A program made the translations under genes and the position numbers. Positions 53,134 to 62,278 of a stretch of DNA of 64,000 nt are shown piece after piece. This stretch comes from an uncultured Prevotella sp. (GTDB lineage: Bacteria; Bacteroidota; Bacteroidia; Bacteroidales; Bacteroidaceae): assembly GCA_905233425.1 (NCBI GenBank), contig CAJOEC010000002.1, forward strand, positions 29,000 through 92,999. The letters are read 5' to 3'. Positions within the stretch are counted from its first letter, which is position 1. Each line of letters opens with the position of its first letter. The notes beneath the pieces were generated by a model. That model had not been told where the DNA came from. It saw nothing but the letters and a program-made list of their open reading frames with translations, and did not search any database.

Positions 53134-56100
53134 GTGAAACAGAAACCAAGCTTTTTGGCATTCATTGCCATCTGCATATTGCTGACGTGGGCTTGTACAC
53201 CTCTTTCCCTGATGAAGAACAAAAAAAGCACAGGGGAAGAGGGTGTTTCTGTTGTATCGAAAGCCCAAAATGCTGACCTTCCTGCCATTGGTGAAATTAT
53301 TCGTGAGACAGCAGCCTCAGCCGGTGCCGACTCACTTCGTGAGGTAATCGAAGGGTTGGCACAGCAGGTCACAGTTACCGACTCCGCCGCTATAGAAGCC
53401 TTTGCCGACAGCCTAAAGACCGTTGCCGACAGTCTGGTAATATCGCAGGACAGCCTGGGTACTGCCATTGCCGAGGCCATGGACATGTTTGACGATGACA
53501 TTCCCGACGACGACGGCAGCACACCACGGGCACCGGCAGCCGCAGCACTAAAACGCGACACCACCACCATGGACTCTTTGGAACTGGCCATATATAAATA
53601 TAATAAGGTTATAGACGACTCACTGCGCTTGGACAGTCTGAACCGCCAGCGCAAGAACGGAATAGACTCGCCTGTGGAGTTCTCGGCCAAGGACTCGCTA
53701 ATCTACGAGGCAGGGACAGGCATGGCACATCTTTTCGGCGACTCGCATGTGAAATACCAGAACATGGACCTCAAAAGTGAGAAGATTTATATGTGTCTCG
53801 ACTCGTCGCTCGTCCACGCCACAGGTGCACGTGACAGCGTAGGAAAAATGTTTGGAACGCCTGTTTTCCAGATGGGAAGCGACACATACGAGAGCGATAC
53901 CATGGCCTTCAACTTCAAGACTAAGAAGGGACTCATACAGCAGGTCTACACTGAGCAGGAGGACGGTTTCCTCACCAGTGAAATCTCGAAACGCGACAGC
54001 AACGGCGAGCTATACCTCCAGCACGGACGCTACACCACCTGCGACGCCCCTCATCCCGACTTCTATATAGCACTCTCGCGTGCCAAGGTACGCCCTGGCA
54101 AGGATGTCATCTTCGGCCCCGCCTACCTCGTCGTTTGCGACGTGCCGGTGCCCTTAGCAGTTCCATACGGTTTCTTCCCCTTCACCAAGAGCTATTCCAG
54201 CGGATTCATCATGCCCACATACGGCGACGAGACAGAGCGCGGATTCTATCTGCGCGACGGAGGTTACTATTTCGCCATCTCCGACAAAGTCGACCTCAAG
54301 CTGCTCGGCGAAATCTACACCAAGGGTTCGTGGGGCCTAAGCGTCGCGTCGAACTATAGGAAACGATACCGATACAACGGTACATTCTTCGGTAGCTACC
54401 AAAACACTGTAAATGGAGAGAAAAACCTGCCCGACTATTCTAAGCAGACCAGCTTCAAGATACAGTGGAGTCACAGGCAAGACCAGAAAGCCAACCCATA
54501 CACCAATTTCTCGGCAAGCGTAAACTTCGCCACGACGAGCTTCGAGCGAAACAACCTGACATCGATGTACAACCCACAGGCCATGACGCAAAGCACTCGT
54601 ACATCGTCGGTAAGCTACAGCACGGGATTCTCAAGCATTGGAATGAGCCTGAGCCTGGGAATGAACCTCAACCAGAACATGCGCGACTCGACCATAGCGC
54701 TCACATTCCCCGACATGAACATCTCAATAAGCCGATTCTACCCATTCAAACGCAAGAAGATGGCGGGTGAGGAACGATGGTACGAGAAGATAGCACTCAG
54801 CTACACAGGAAACTTCAGCAACTCCATCAACACCAAGGAAAACCTGCTGTTGCACTCCCGACTGAACCGTGACTGGAAAAACGGAATGCAACACACCATA
54901 CCCATCACTGCCACATTCAACCTCTTCGGGTACATCAACCTCACTCCGTCGATAAACTTCACAGACAAGACATACCTCAATAGGATAATGCAGTCGTGGG
55001 ACGAAGACAAGGGAGAAGTGGTCAAGGACACGGTGAACGGTTTCTTCAACGTCTACAACTATAACATATCTGTGTCGGCAAACACAAAGCTCTACGGTTT
55101 CTACATACCCTCAAGGAAGTTGTTCGGCGACAAGATAGACAGGATAAGACACGTCTTCACACCACAGGTTAGCTTCACATACGCTCCTGACTTCAGTGCT
55201 CAACGCTACGGGTTCTACAAGACATACCAGAAGACCGACGCAGAGGGGAATGTCACACTGGTGCAATACTCACCCTACGATGGATTGCTCTATGGAGGAG
55301 CACCGAAGGGCAAGACCGGCACCGTGACGTTTGACATGTCGCATAACCTAGAAATGAAGGTGAAAAGCGACAAAGACTCAACGGGTTTGAAGAAACTAAG
55401 CCTCATCGACGAACTGGGCATGTCCATGAGCTATAACCTTGCAGCATCGGTGCGCCCATGGAGCGACCTCAGCACCCGTCTAAGGCTGAAAATCACAAAA
55501 AGCTATACTTTCAACCTCAACGCAGTCTTCGCCAGCTATGTCTACGAGGCCGACTCCGTAGGGGCGACCCCAAGGCTTAGCGAGCACACCACTTACTGGC
55601 AGCAGGGGAAAATAGGCCGCTTCCAGGGCATTTCGCAAAACCTCTCCTACACCATCTCCAACGACAAGGTTACCAAGTTCTTCAAATGGCTTAGGGGAGA
55701 AAGGGAAGATGATGACAACGATGACAGCAGTCAGGACGATTATGAGGACGACTACGACGTGGAGTCTAACATCGACAAAGACCTCGAGGCGGGAAAGCAT
55801 GGGGCGGAGAGGAGCAGCATGGCTGACACCGACGAGGACGGATACATGAAATACCAGTTGCCGTGGTCGCTAAGCTTCGGCTACGGCATAAGTATGCGTG
55901 AAGACACCGACGTGAAACGCTTCAACTACTCCACGATGCGCTACCCCTACAAGATAACGCAGAACCTCAACGTCAGCGGGAACATACGGCTGTCAGAGGG
56001 GTGGAACATATCGTTCTCGTCGGGCTACGACTTCGAGAACAAGCGCATATCAATGACCACGGCTTCGTTGTCACGCGACCTCCATTGCTTTAACATGTCG

Positions 56101-56226
56101 TGCTCGCTGGTGCTCTCACCCTACACCAGCTACAATTTCTCCTTCCGGTGCAACGCGTCCACGCTCACCGACGCACTGAAGTACGACAAGCAGAGTAGTT
56201 ACTCCAACTCCGTGCAGTGGTACTGA
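53134..56226 (+). CDS. Bacteroidetes-type LptD/OstA-like LPS assembly protein
   Basis: OstA-like N-domain (..VEFSAKDSLIYEAGTGMAHLFGDSHVKYQNMDLKSEKIY..), a ~800-aa beta-rich C-terminal region and an acidic insert (..EDDDNDDSSQDDYEDDYD..). GTG start lies 5 nt after a TAATTTTG box (53121-53128). Confidence 0.6.
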   Translation: MKQKPSFLAFIAICILLTWACTPLSLMKNKKSTGEEGVSVVSKAQNADLPAIGEIIRETAASAGADSLREVIEGLAQQVTVTDSAAIEAFADSLKTVADSLVISQDSLGTAIAEAMDMFDDDIPDDDGSTPRAPAAAALKRDTTTMDSLELAIYKYNKVIDDSLRLDSLNRQRKNGIDSPVEFSAKDSLIYEAGTGMAHLFGDSHVKYQNMDLKSEKIYMCLDSSLVHATGARDSVGKMFGTPVFQMGSDTYESDTMAFNFKTKKGLIQQVYTEQEDGFLTSEISKRDSNGELYLQHGRYTTCDAPHPDFYIALSRAKVRPGKDVIFGPAYLVVCDVPVPLAVPYGFFPFTKSYSSGFIMPTYGDETERGFYLRDGGYYFAISDKVDLKLLGEIYTKGSWGLSVASNYRKRYRYNGTFFGSYQNTVNGEKNLPDYSKQTSFKIQWSHRQDQKANPYTNFSASVNFATTSFERNNLTSMYNPQAMTQSTRTSSVSYSTGFSSIGMSLSLGMNLNQNMRDSTIALTFPDMNISISRFYPFKRKKMAGEERWYEKIALSYTGNFSNSINTKENLLLHSRLNRDWKNGMQHTIPITATFNLFGYINLTPSINFTDKTYLNRIMQSWDEDKGEVVKDTVNGFFNVYNYNISVSANTKLYGFYIPSRKLFGDKIDRIRHVFTPQVSFTYAPDFSAQRYGFYKTYQKTDAEGNVTLVQYSPYDGLLYGGAPKGKTGTVTFDMSHNLEMKVKSDKDSTGLKKLSLIDELGMSMSYNLAASVRPWSDLSTRLRLKITKSYTFNLNAVFASYVYEADSVGATPRLSEHTTYWQQGKIGRFQGISQNLSYTISNDKVTKFFKWLRGEREDDDNDDSSQDDYEDDYDVESNIDKDLEAGKHGAERSSMADTDEDGYMKYQLPWSLSFGYGISMREDTDVKRFNYSTMRYPYKITQNLNVSGNIRLSEGWNISFSSGYDFENKRISMTTASLSRDLHCFNMSCSLVLSPYTSYNFSFRCNASTLTDALKYDKQSSYSNSVQWY

Positions 56227-56290
56227 CCCACGGATTATTATTCACTTCACCACAGCCATCACGGTCTTGTGGCAAACTGAAAAAAGATAT

Positions 56291-57646
56291 ATGTCAGACA
56301 GAGGCGGTTTCGCATCGCGCATGGGTGTTATCCTGGCCACGGCAGGTTCGGCTGTGGGACTGGGTAACGTATGGCGCTTCCCCTACGTGACAGGTGAGGA
56401 TGGGGGTGCAGCATTTATACTTATTTATATATGTTGCATTTTAGTCTTGGGCATACCGGGAATGCTCAGCGAGTTTATCATAGGCCGTCACGGTCAGAGT
56501 AATGCCGCACGTGCCTACCATTTTTTTTCCGGCAGCCGTCTGTGGCGCATGGTTGGCCATCTGGGCATACTCACCTCGACCATTATTCTGGGGTTCTACG
56601 CAGTGGTGGCGGGATGGTGTCTGCAATATCTGTTTGCCTCCATTACCGGCACGCTCGTAGGTGATCTGCAGTATGTTACGGACTATTTCTCAACTTTTGC
56701 TTCACATCCTTGGAAACCGTGCCTTTGGGGAGTTGTCTTCGTACTTCTGACCCATCAGGTCATCGTCCGCGGTGTACAAAAGGGCATAGAGCGCGCTTCA
56801 AAGATTCTCATGCCGCTGCTTCTGATATTGCTGGTAGTCATCGTTGTCGCGTCGTGTTCGCTTCCCGGGGCAGGGCAGGGGGTAAGGTTCCTCTTCCATC
56901 CCGACTTCTCACGCCTGAACCACCACGTGTTGCTTGACGCCCTCGGCCAGGCATTCTTCTCGCTGTCATTAGGCACAGCCTGCCTGTGCACATACGCCAG
57001 CTATTTCTCACGCGACACCCATCTGCTGCGCTCTGCCTCGCAAATAGCCTTCATCGACCTGGGTATTGCCCTCTTGGCGGGTCTGATGATATTCCCGGCG
57101 GTGTTCTCTGTGGGTGTGGAACCCACGCAGGGGCCGTCGCTCATCTTCGTAACACTGCCCAACGTGTTCCAGCAGGCTTTTGCGAGTGTGCCTGTAGTAG
57201 GTCGCGCCATAGCTATCACGTTTTATGCTCTTCTGGTTTTCGCCGCCCTCACCTCCACCATTTCCATGCACGAGATTGGAACGGCTTTCTTCACCGAGGA
57301 GCTGCACATGCCACGTCATCGCTCGGCATGGATCATCACCATCGTATGCTCCGTACTTGCCGTGCTGTGTTCGCTCAGCGTAGGTGCGGTGGAGGGCATC
57401 AGCGTCATGGGGCAGTCGCTCATGGATTTCTGCGACAACCTCACCGCCAAGTTCATGCTGCCTCTTGGCGGACTTCTCACCAGCATCTTTATCGGTTGGT
57501 TTGCCAACAAGCAAATTGTGCGCGACGAGTTCACCAACCATGGCACCGTGGCCCGTGGTTTCTTCGCGGGCTACCTCTTTGCTGTGCGTTTCGTGCTCCC
57601 AGTACTCATAGTGCTGATCTTCCTCCATCAGTTCAATATCCTCTGA
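56291..57646 (+). CDS. Sodium-dependent transporter, neurotransmitter:sodium symporter (SNF) family
   Basis: Signature ..ATAGSAVGLGNVWRFPY.. with 11-12 TM helices. ATG 56291 is preferred to the upstream TTG. Confidence 0.9.
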   Translation: MSDRGGFASRMGVILATAGSAVGLGNVWRFPYVTGEDGGAAFILIYICCILVLGIPGMLSEFIIGRHGQSNAARAYHFFSGSRLWRMVGHLGILTSTIILGFYAVVAGWCLQYLFASITGTLVGDLQYVTDYFSTFASHPWKPCLWGVVFVLLTHQVIVRGVQKGIERASKILMPLLLILLVVIVVASCSLPGAGQGVRFLFHPDFSRLNHHVLLDALGQAFFSLSLGTACLCTYASYFSRDTHLLRSASQIAFIDLGIALLAGLMIFPAVFSVGVEPTQGPSLIFVTLPNVFQQAFASVPVVGRAIAITFYALLVFAALTSTISMHEIGTAFFTEELHMPRHRSAWIITIVCSVLAVLCSLSVGAVEGISVMGQSLMDFCDNLTAKFMLPLGGLLTSIFIGWFANKQIVRDEFTNHGTVARGFFAGYLFAVRFVLPVLIVLIFLHQFNIL

Positions 57647-57764
57647 CTGGGGACAACAATTATTTTTTTGTGACATCAGTGTTTTTTTGCGATTTTCACG
57701 AAAATAATGATTGGAAAATATGAAAAAATGACTGAAAATGTTCTGCCGTCTGGCAGGAAATCAG

Positions 57765-57772
57765 TACCTTTG
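57765..57772 (+). promoter_or_regulatory. Orphan candidate -7 box (TACCTTTG) preceding a structured non-coding stretch
   Basis: Matches TAnnTTTG. No convincing ORF follows on this strand. Confidence 0.35.
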
Positions 57773-57985
57773 CACCGCAGCCTGAAGGATAGTGGGACTC
57801 TGCTGGGGAGCAACCCCATGAGGAATAGGGCTGTGCAAAACGACAAGTATGGGCAGGGGGCTCTATCAACGCGGCCCCTGCATTTTAGCATCCATACTTA
57901 GAGTTTCTGCCCATGCCAAGAAAAACCCAACGGTGGCATAGCCCCGGCGCAGCCGGCCTTTCCATGTTGTCTGCCAGTCCTGCTT

Positions 57986-58720
57986 TCATCGTCCCTTCGC
58001 TTTCCATAGTTTCCTGCCCGGCACCTCGCCGTGATACACGTCGAGCGGCTTCTTGTTGCCGATGCTCATGTGAGGGCGGACGTTGTTGTAGAAGTCAATC
58101 ATGCTGGCGATCTCGCGCCTTGCCTCGCCGTAGTCGCGGAACATGGCCTGGTGGTAGAGCCACTCGTCCTTGAGGATGCCGTTCATGCGCTCTGCCACGG
58201 CGTTGTCCGTGGGGTTGTAGCGCTCGGTCATGCTGATGCGTATGTGGTGCTCCATGAGGATGCCGACGTACTTGTTGCAGGCGTATTGCACGCCACGGTC
58301 TGAGTGGTGGATGGTGCCGCACAGGTTGCCCCCGCCCGCTGCGGCGATGGCCATCTCCAGCGCCATGGCGGTGTTCTCCGCCTCCAGCGTCAAGCCCAGC
58401 ACGGCGTGCGAGTAGCCGTCGGTGACGAGGTGCAGGTAGAGCACGTCGTCCTCTATCCAGATGTAGGTGATGTCGGCGTACCACACGTGGTTGGGGTACG
58501 CGGCCACGAGGCCCTCGGTCAGGTTGGGGTACTTGAAGTACACGTGGCCGGAGTCCGTCGTGCGGCGCGGCTTCTTCTTCGGCAGCGTCAGCCCGTGGCG
58601 CCCCAGAAGGGCCAGGAACGTGTCACGGCCGCGCACAATGTCGCGGCCCAGGTCGGCGGTCAGCAGCACGTGCAGCTTCACCCCGCCCATGCGGTAAGTC
58701 GATATGATTTCATCCGGCAA
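57986..58720 (-). mobile_element. IS3-family transposase OrfB (rve/DDE integrase core), 5'-truncated element
   Basis: ..HVWYADITYIW.., ..HHSDRGVQY.., ..NAVAERMNGILKDE.. give the DDE pattern. There is no orfA, no frameshift region and no left end. It is visibly GC-richer than its flanks. Confidence 0.8.
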
Positions 58721-58749
58721 AGATAGCGCTTCTGAGTCAGAATGTTTGC

Positions 58750-61700
58750 CTACAAGCCAGCCAGTGAGCGAAGTTGCTGTATGCCCTGGTGGTTATTGTC
58801 GAGGGCTTCCAACTCTGCAAGAAATTTCAGCGCATGAGTAGTGTCGTCCATGCCACAATAGCCCAGTGCGAGCATATAGAGGCAGTGGATGCGGTTGCGG
58901 TCGTCGAGGCTGTCGTCCCAGATGAGCAGGTCGGGGAGCGAGACGGCGAAATAGTCCATGGTGACATGGTCGAAGATGTGCTGCTTGCCGTAGCCGATAA
59001 GACGGTTGAGTAGGCTCCGTGCCTTGTCCTCCTGACCCAGACGGCGGTAGCATAATCCGGCGTAGAATATCTTGTCGGGCTTAGCGTCGTTGTAGTACAT
59101 GGCGGCAGCGGGCTCGGTAGGGCCGACGGTGCCTTTCTGCCAGCAGTCAATGGCCTTCTGCTTGTCGCCGATAGCGTCAAAGACAATGCCCAACAGATAA
59201 TAGAAATCGTTCTCCTGTGCTCCGTATAGTTTGCCTTCGCCAAGGTGGGGAGGGTAGACAAGGCATTCCTCCAAAAGATTCCGGGCTGTTTGTGCCTTCT
59301 CTGAGGCCCCAGAAGCCCCAGAGGTCCCAGAAGCTTCTGTGAGAAAGCGTTTAGCCAGCTCCACTCGGCAAATCTGATACTGTGCCGACACCTTTCCTTC
59401 GCCACCCTCCCAAGGATGGAACTTGTGGGCGTCGAGTTTTTCTTTTGCCTCCTCGTAGCGTCCTAACTGGTTGAGCAGAGTGATTTCCTCGAGTACGAGG
59501 TCGTCGCGCTGGGCTATGAGCTGTGGGTACTTCTGCAGGATGTCGAGACGCTCCTGGTGCGGAAGGTGCAGCCGCTTGTAGAGCTGGTCGAGTTCCATTA
59601 GCGTGCGGGCGTCGGTCTCGTCGAGGTGGAAGGATCGTTCCATGTATTCCAAAGCCTCATCCTGCCTTCCTTGCTTGTTGAAGCGGGCCAGCGCGAGGTT
59701 GCGCCAGACGGTGGGGAACGACGGGTCGAGCCGGGCCGACAGCTCCCAGTTCCCGATGGCCACGTCATACTGACGTTTGTCATAGTAAAGACATCCAAGG
59801 TAGTAAGGGGCCTTGCTGAATTTGCAATCTGACGATTTGTCGTTTGCCATCTTGGCTGCGCTCAGCACGAGAATATCCTCTATACGGTTGGGGAAACAGT
59901 AGGTACTGTCTGTCTGCTCGGCCTGTTCGTAGAAGGCGATGGCCTCGTCGGTCTTGCCCTGCATCTCCTTGAAATAGCCTATATAATAGGATGTAAGGGG
60001 TGACGCCTCCTTCAACGACTCGGCAACGGCGGGGATGGAGAGCACGTCGATGGCCTCCTGCCACAGTCCTGCCTGGGCATAGTCAAGAGCCAGCTCATGG
60101 TAGTTAAAGACGTTGTCGTGCATCATCGCCATCATCTGCTTCAGCACGGCTTCGCTCTCCTCCTTCCTCTCTCCTCTCTCCTCTTTCAATAGCAAGTACT
60201 TTTCGTATAGACAGCCGTAGTTGAAGCGGTCTATGGCGAGACTTTCTTCGATGAAGGCGAGGCGGGAAGACTGCGTCAAGCTGGATGGCTGTCCTGTAGG
60301 TTGCGGCATTGCCGAAACGAACCTGATAACGGCGGCCTTCAGGGCGCGGGCCTTGTGGTTGCAGCTGTTGAACGTGAGGCAGCGGTTCAGCTCGTCGAGG
60401 GCGTCGTCGTAGCGGCCTTGGCTGACGCTGATACATGCGGCCTCGAAGTAGCCGGCATCGGCCCATGCCTTGTTCCAGGTGGATTTCCAGAACAATTCGT
60501 AAGCCTCGTCGGGTCGGTATTGGTATTTCAGACAGAGCGCGAGGTTGAAGATTGCCTCCCCGTCGTAGGGGTTCGGGTTGCGCTTCTGCCAGATCTTCAC
60601 AGCGCGGCGCAGGTAGGACTCTGCCTTGTCGAAACGTCCGCGGCGCAGATACCAAAGCCCCGCATGGTTCAGGCAGCGCACATCGTTGGGGTCGCGGCGC
60701 AGAGCCTCCTCGTAGTAGTCGAGTGCACTCCACGTGGCATGGCGGTACTGCTCCAGATGCAGACCCGTGAGGTAGAGCTGGTCGTTGGTCTTGGTGTCCT
60801 GTGGCGGCAACGCGGCCTCGGCAGCGTCGGGTATGGGACGGATGTCGTCAGGCTCGGCCTGCCAGAGGAGAGCCCCACCTCCGAGGCTGAACAACAGGTC
60901 TTCCATCTTGGCACTCTTCACGTCGACAGTCTGCTCGAAGACCTCTTTCGGGGAAAGCGTCACTGTCTGCTCGAAATATGTCTCTCCCTTTTTATTGCAC
61001 AGCTTCATCCGCACCGTCTTCTTGCTTGTGGCCAGCACCTTGAAGGTAACTATATTCCCCTCATCCGGGGAAAGGCTACGGGTAGGCGCGTCAGCGGGAA
61101 TGGAGGGGTGGCCGTAGGCCGGGGTGGTGGCGATATTGAATATAAAGTCCTTTGTCGCCTGTTTCACAACACCGAGCTCCCGATACGGCATGAAGTACTG
61201 TGTGAACTGTTTCTCCTCGTAAGGCATAAGCCACGTGAAGTCCGGCTGGTTCTCCGTGTACACTCCCGCCATCAGTTCGATGTAGGGGCGGAAGCCAGAG
61301 CGTAGAGGACCATAAATGCCGGCGGGGGAACCACCGGGCGCAGCCGCATCGTCGGTCAGGTTCCTGTCCCACGCCCTTCCGAAGTCGCCGTTGCCCCATG
61401 TCCACTGCTTCTTTCCCGGCGAATAGTTGTGGCTGGCCACATGGAGCATACCGCCGTGGCTGTCGTTCTCGTAGCCGCCCTCGAAGTCGTACTTGGAATT
61501 GACAGCCATATACGACGTAGGCACTGGGATGTTCCTGTAGTTCGAGATGTCCACCCCGGCTGAGTAGTCCATCTTGTAATAGGTGCCCGTGGCGATGGGG
61601 AACGACGACACGGCACGCTTGCCGTGGTCGAAGACGGCATTCACGTCGGGCGGGAACACACTTTGGTACTCGTCGTTCACCTCGACGGCTGGGTTTGCCC

Positions 61701-62262
61701 ACCAGAGGAATGTCTGGGGTAGGGGAGTGCGGTTCGACACGCGCCCCTGTATCTCCAAATAAGCGCAGCCCGGCCGCAGGGTGAATCCGGCTGCTCCCTT
61801 CTGGTGAAACATACGCTCCATCTCGTTCACCCAGACGGTGACGCTTCCGTCCTCGTTCTCAACTATTGTTGAGTCAACAGGCATATACGTCGACGGACGG
61901 TGGTGCTGCGGCCAGTTGAACTCTATGCCGCCTGAAATCCACGGCCCGGCAAGTCCCACAAGGGCAGGCTTTATGACATGGTTATAGTACACAAAGTGCC
62001 GCTTTTTCAACTTGTCGTAGGCCATCTGCACACGACCGCCTAACTCAGGAAGTATCATCACCTTGATATATTCGTTCTCCAACCAGACGGCCTGCCACTC
62101 CTTCGGCACCGGCTCGTCGGCTATCGACTCAATGACGGGGTAGGGATAAACAACTCCGCTCGATCCCTGATACACACGCTTCTCCAAGAACATCGGGCTC
62201 TTCTCGGCCTTCCCAACTTCATACGTCGGGATGGTCACAGTCTCTTTCCATGCTTTTACCAT
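58750..62262 (-). CDS. DUF5107-domain protein with long C-terminal TPR region
   Basis: The N-terminus MVKAWKETVTIPTYEVG..PMFLEKRVYQGSSGVVYPYP is typical of DUF5107. Multiple TPR-like repeats follow. Confidence 0.65.
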   Translation of the reverse strand: MVKAWKETVTIPTYEVGKAEKSPMFLEKRVYQGSSGVVYPYPVIESIADEPVPKEWQAVWLENEYIKVMILPELGGRVQMAYDKLKKRHFVYYNHVIKPALVGLAGPWISGGIEFNWPQHHRPSTYMPVDSTIVENEDGSVTVWVNEMERMFHQKGAAGFTLRPGCAYLEIQGRVSNRTPLPQTFLWWANPAVEVNDEYQSVFPPDVNAVFDHGKRAVSSFPIATGTYYKMDYSAGVDISNYRNIPVPTSYMAVNSKYDFEGGYENDSHGGMLHVASHNYSPGKKQWTWGNGDFGRAWDRNLTDDAAAPGGSPAGIYGPLRSGFRPYIELMAGVYTENQPDFTWLMPYEEKQFTQYFMPYRELGVVKQATKDFIFNIATTPAYGHPSIPADAPTRSLSPDEGNIVTFKVLATSKKTVRMKLCNKKGETYFEQTVTLSPKEVFEQTVDVKSAKMEDLLFSLGGGALLWQAEPDDIRPIPDAAEAALPPQDTKTNDQLYLTGLHLEQYRHATWSALDYYEEALRRDPNDVRCLNHAGLWYLRRGRFDKAESYLRRAVKIWQKRNPNPYDGEAIFNLALCLKYQYRPDEAYELFWKSTWNKAWADAGYFEAACISVSQGRYDDALDELNRCLTFNSCNHKARALKAAVIRFVSAMPQPTGQPSSLTQSSRLAFIEESLAIDRFNYGCLYEKYLLLKEERGERKEESEAVLKQMMAMMHDNVFNYHELALDYAQAGLWQEAIDVLSIPAVAESLKEASPLTSYYIGYFKEMQGKTDEAIAFYEQAEQTDSTYCFPNRIEDILVLSAAKMANDKSSDCKFSKAPYYLGCLYYDKRQYDVAIGNWELSARLDPSFPTVWRNLALARFNKQGRQDEALEYMERSFHLDETDARTLMELDQLYKRLHLPHQERLDILQKYPQLIAQRDDLVLEEITLLNQLGRYEEAKEKLDAHKFHPWEGGEGKVSAQYQICRVELAKRFLTEASGTSGASGASEKAQTARNLLEECLVYPPHLGEGKLYGAQENDFYYLLGIVFDAIGDKQKAIDCWQKGTVGPTEPAAAMYYNDAKPDKIFYAGLCYRRLGQEDKARSLLNRLIGYGKQHIFDHVTMDYFAVSLPDLLIWDDSLDDRNRIHCLYMLALGYCGMDDTTHALKFLAELEALDNNHQGIQQLRSLAGL
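59303..59338. repeat. 9-bp tandem repeat (GARGYCCCA x3-4) in frame inside the DUF5107/TPR gene
   Basis: gaggcccca gaagcccca gaggtccca gaagcttct. On the gene strand it encodes ..EASGTSGASGAS.. Confidence 0.75.
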
Positions 62263-62278
62263 AGTTGTATATGTATTT

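Noticed and set aside
57707-57901. 64-aa ORF (MIGKYEKMTENVLPSGRK..) as a protein-coding gene
   Set aside because: It starts upstream of the only promoter-like box, has no recognisable features and overlaps strongly paired RNA-like helices. It is treated as non-coding.
60301-61305. 334-aa plus-strand ORF inside the DUF5107/TPR gene
   Set aside because: It is an antisense shadow ORF with no motifs, whereas the minus-strand frame is continuous for 1170 aa with recognisable DUF5107 and TPR features.
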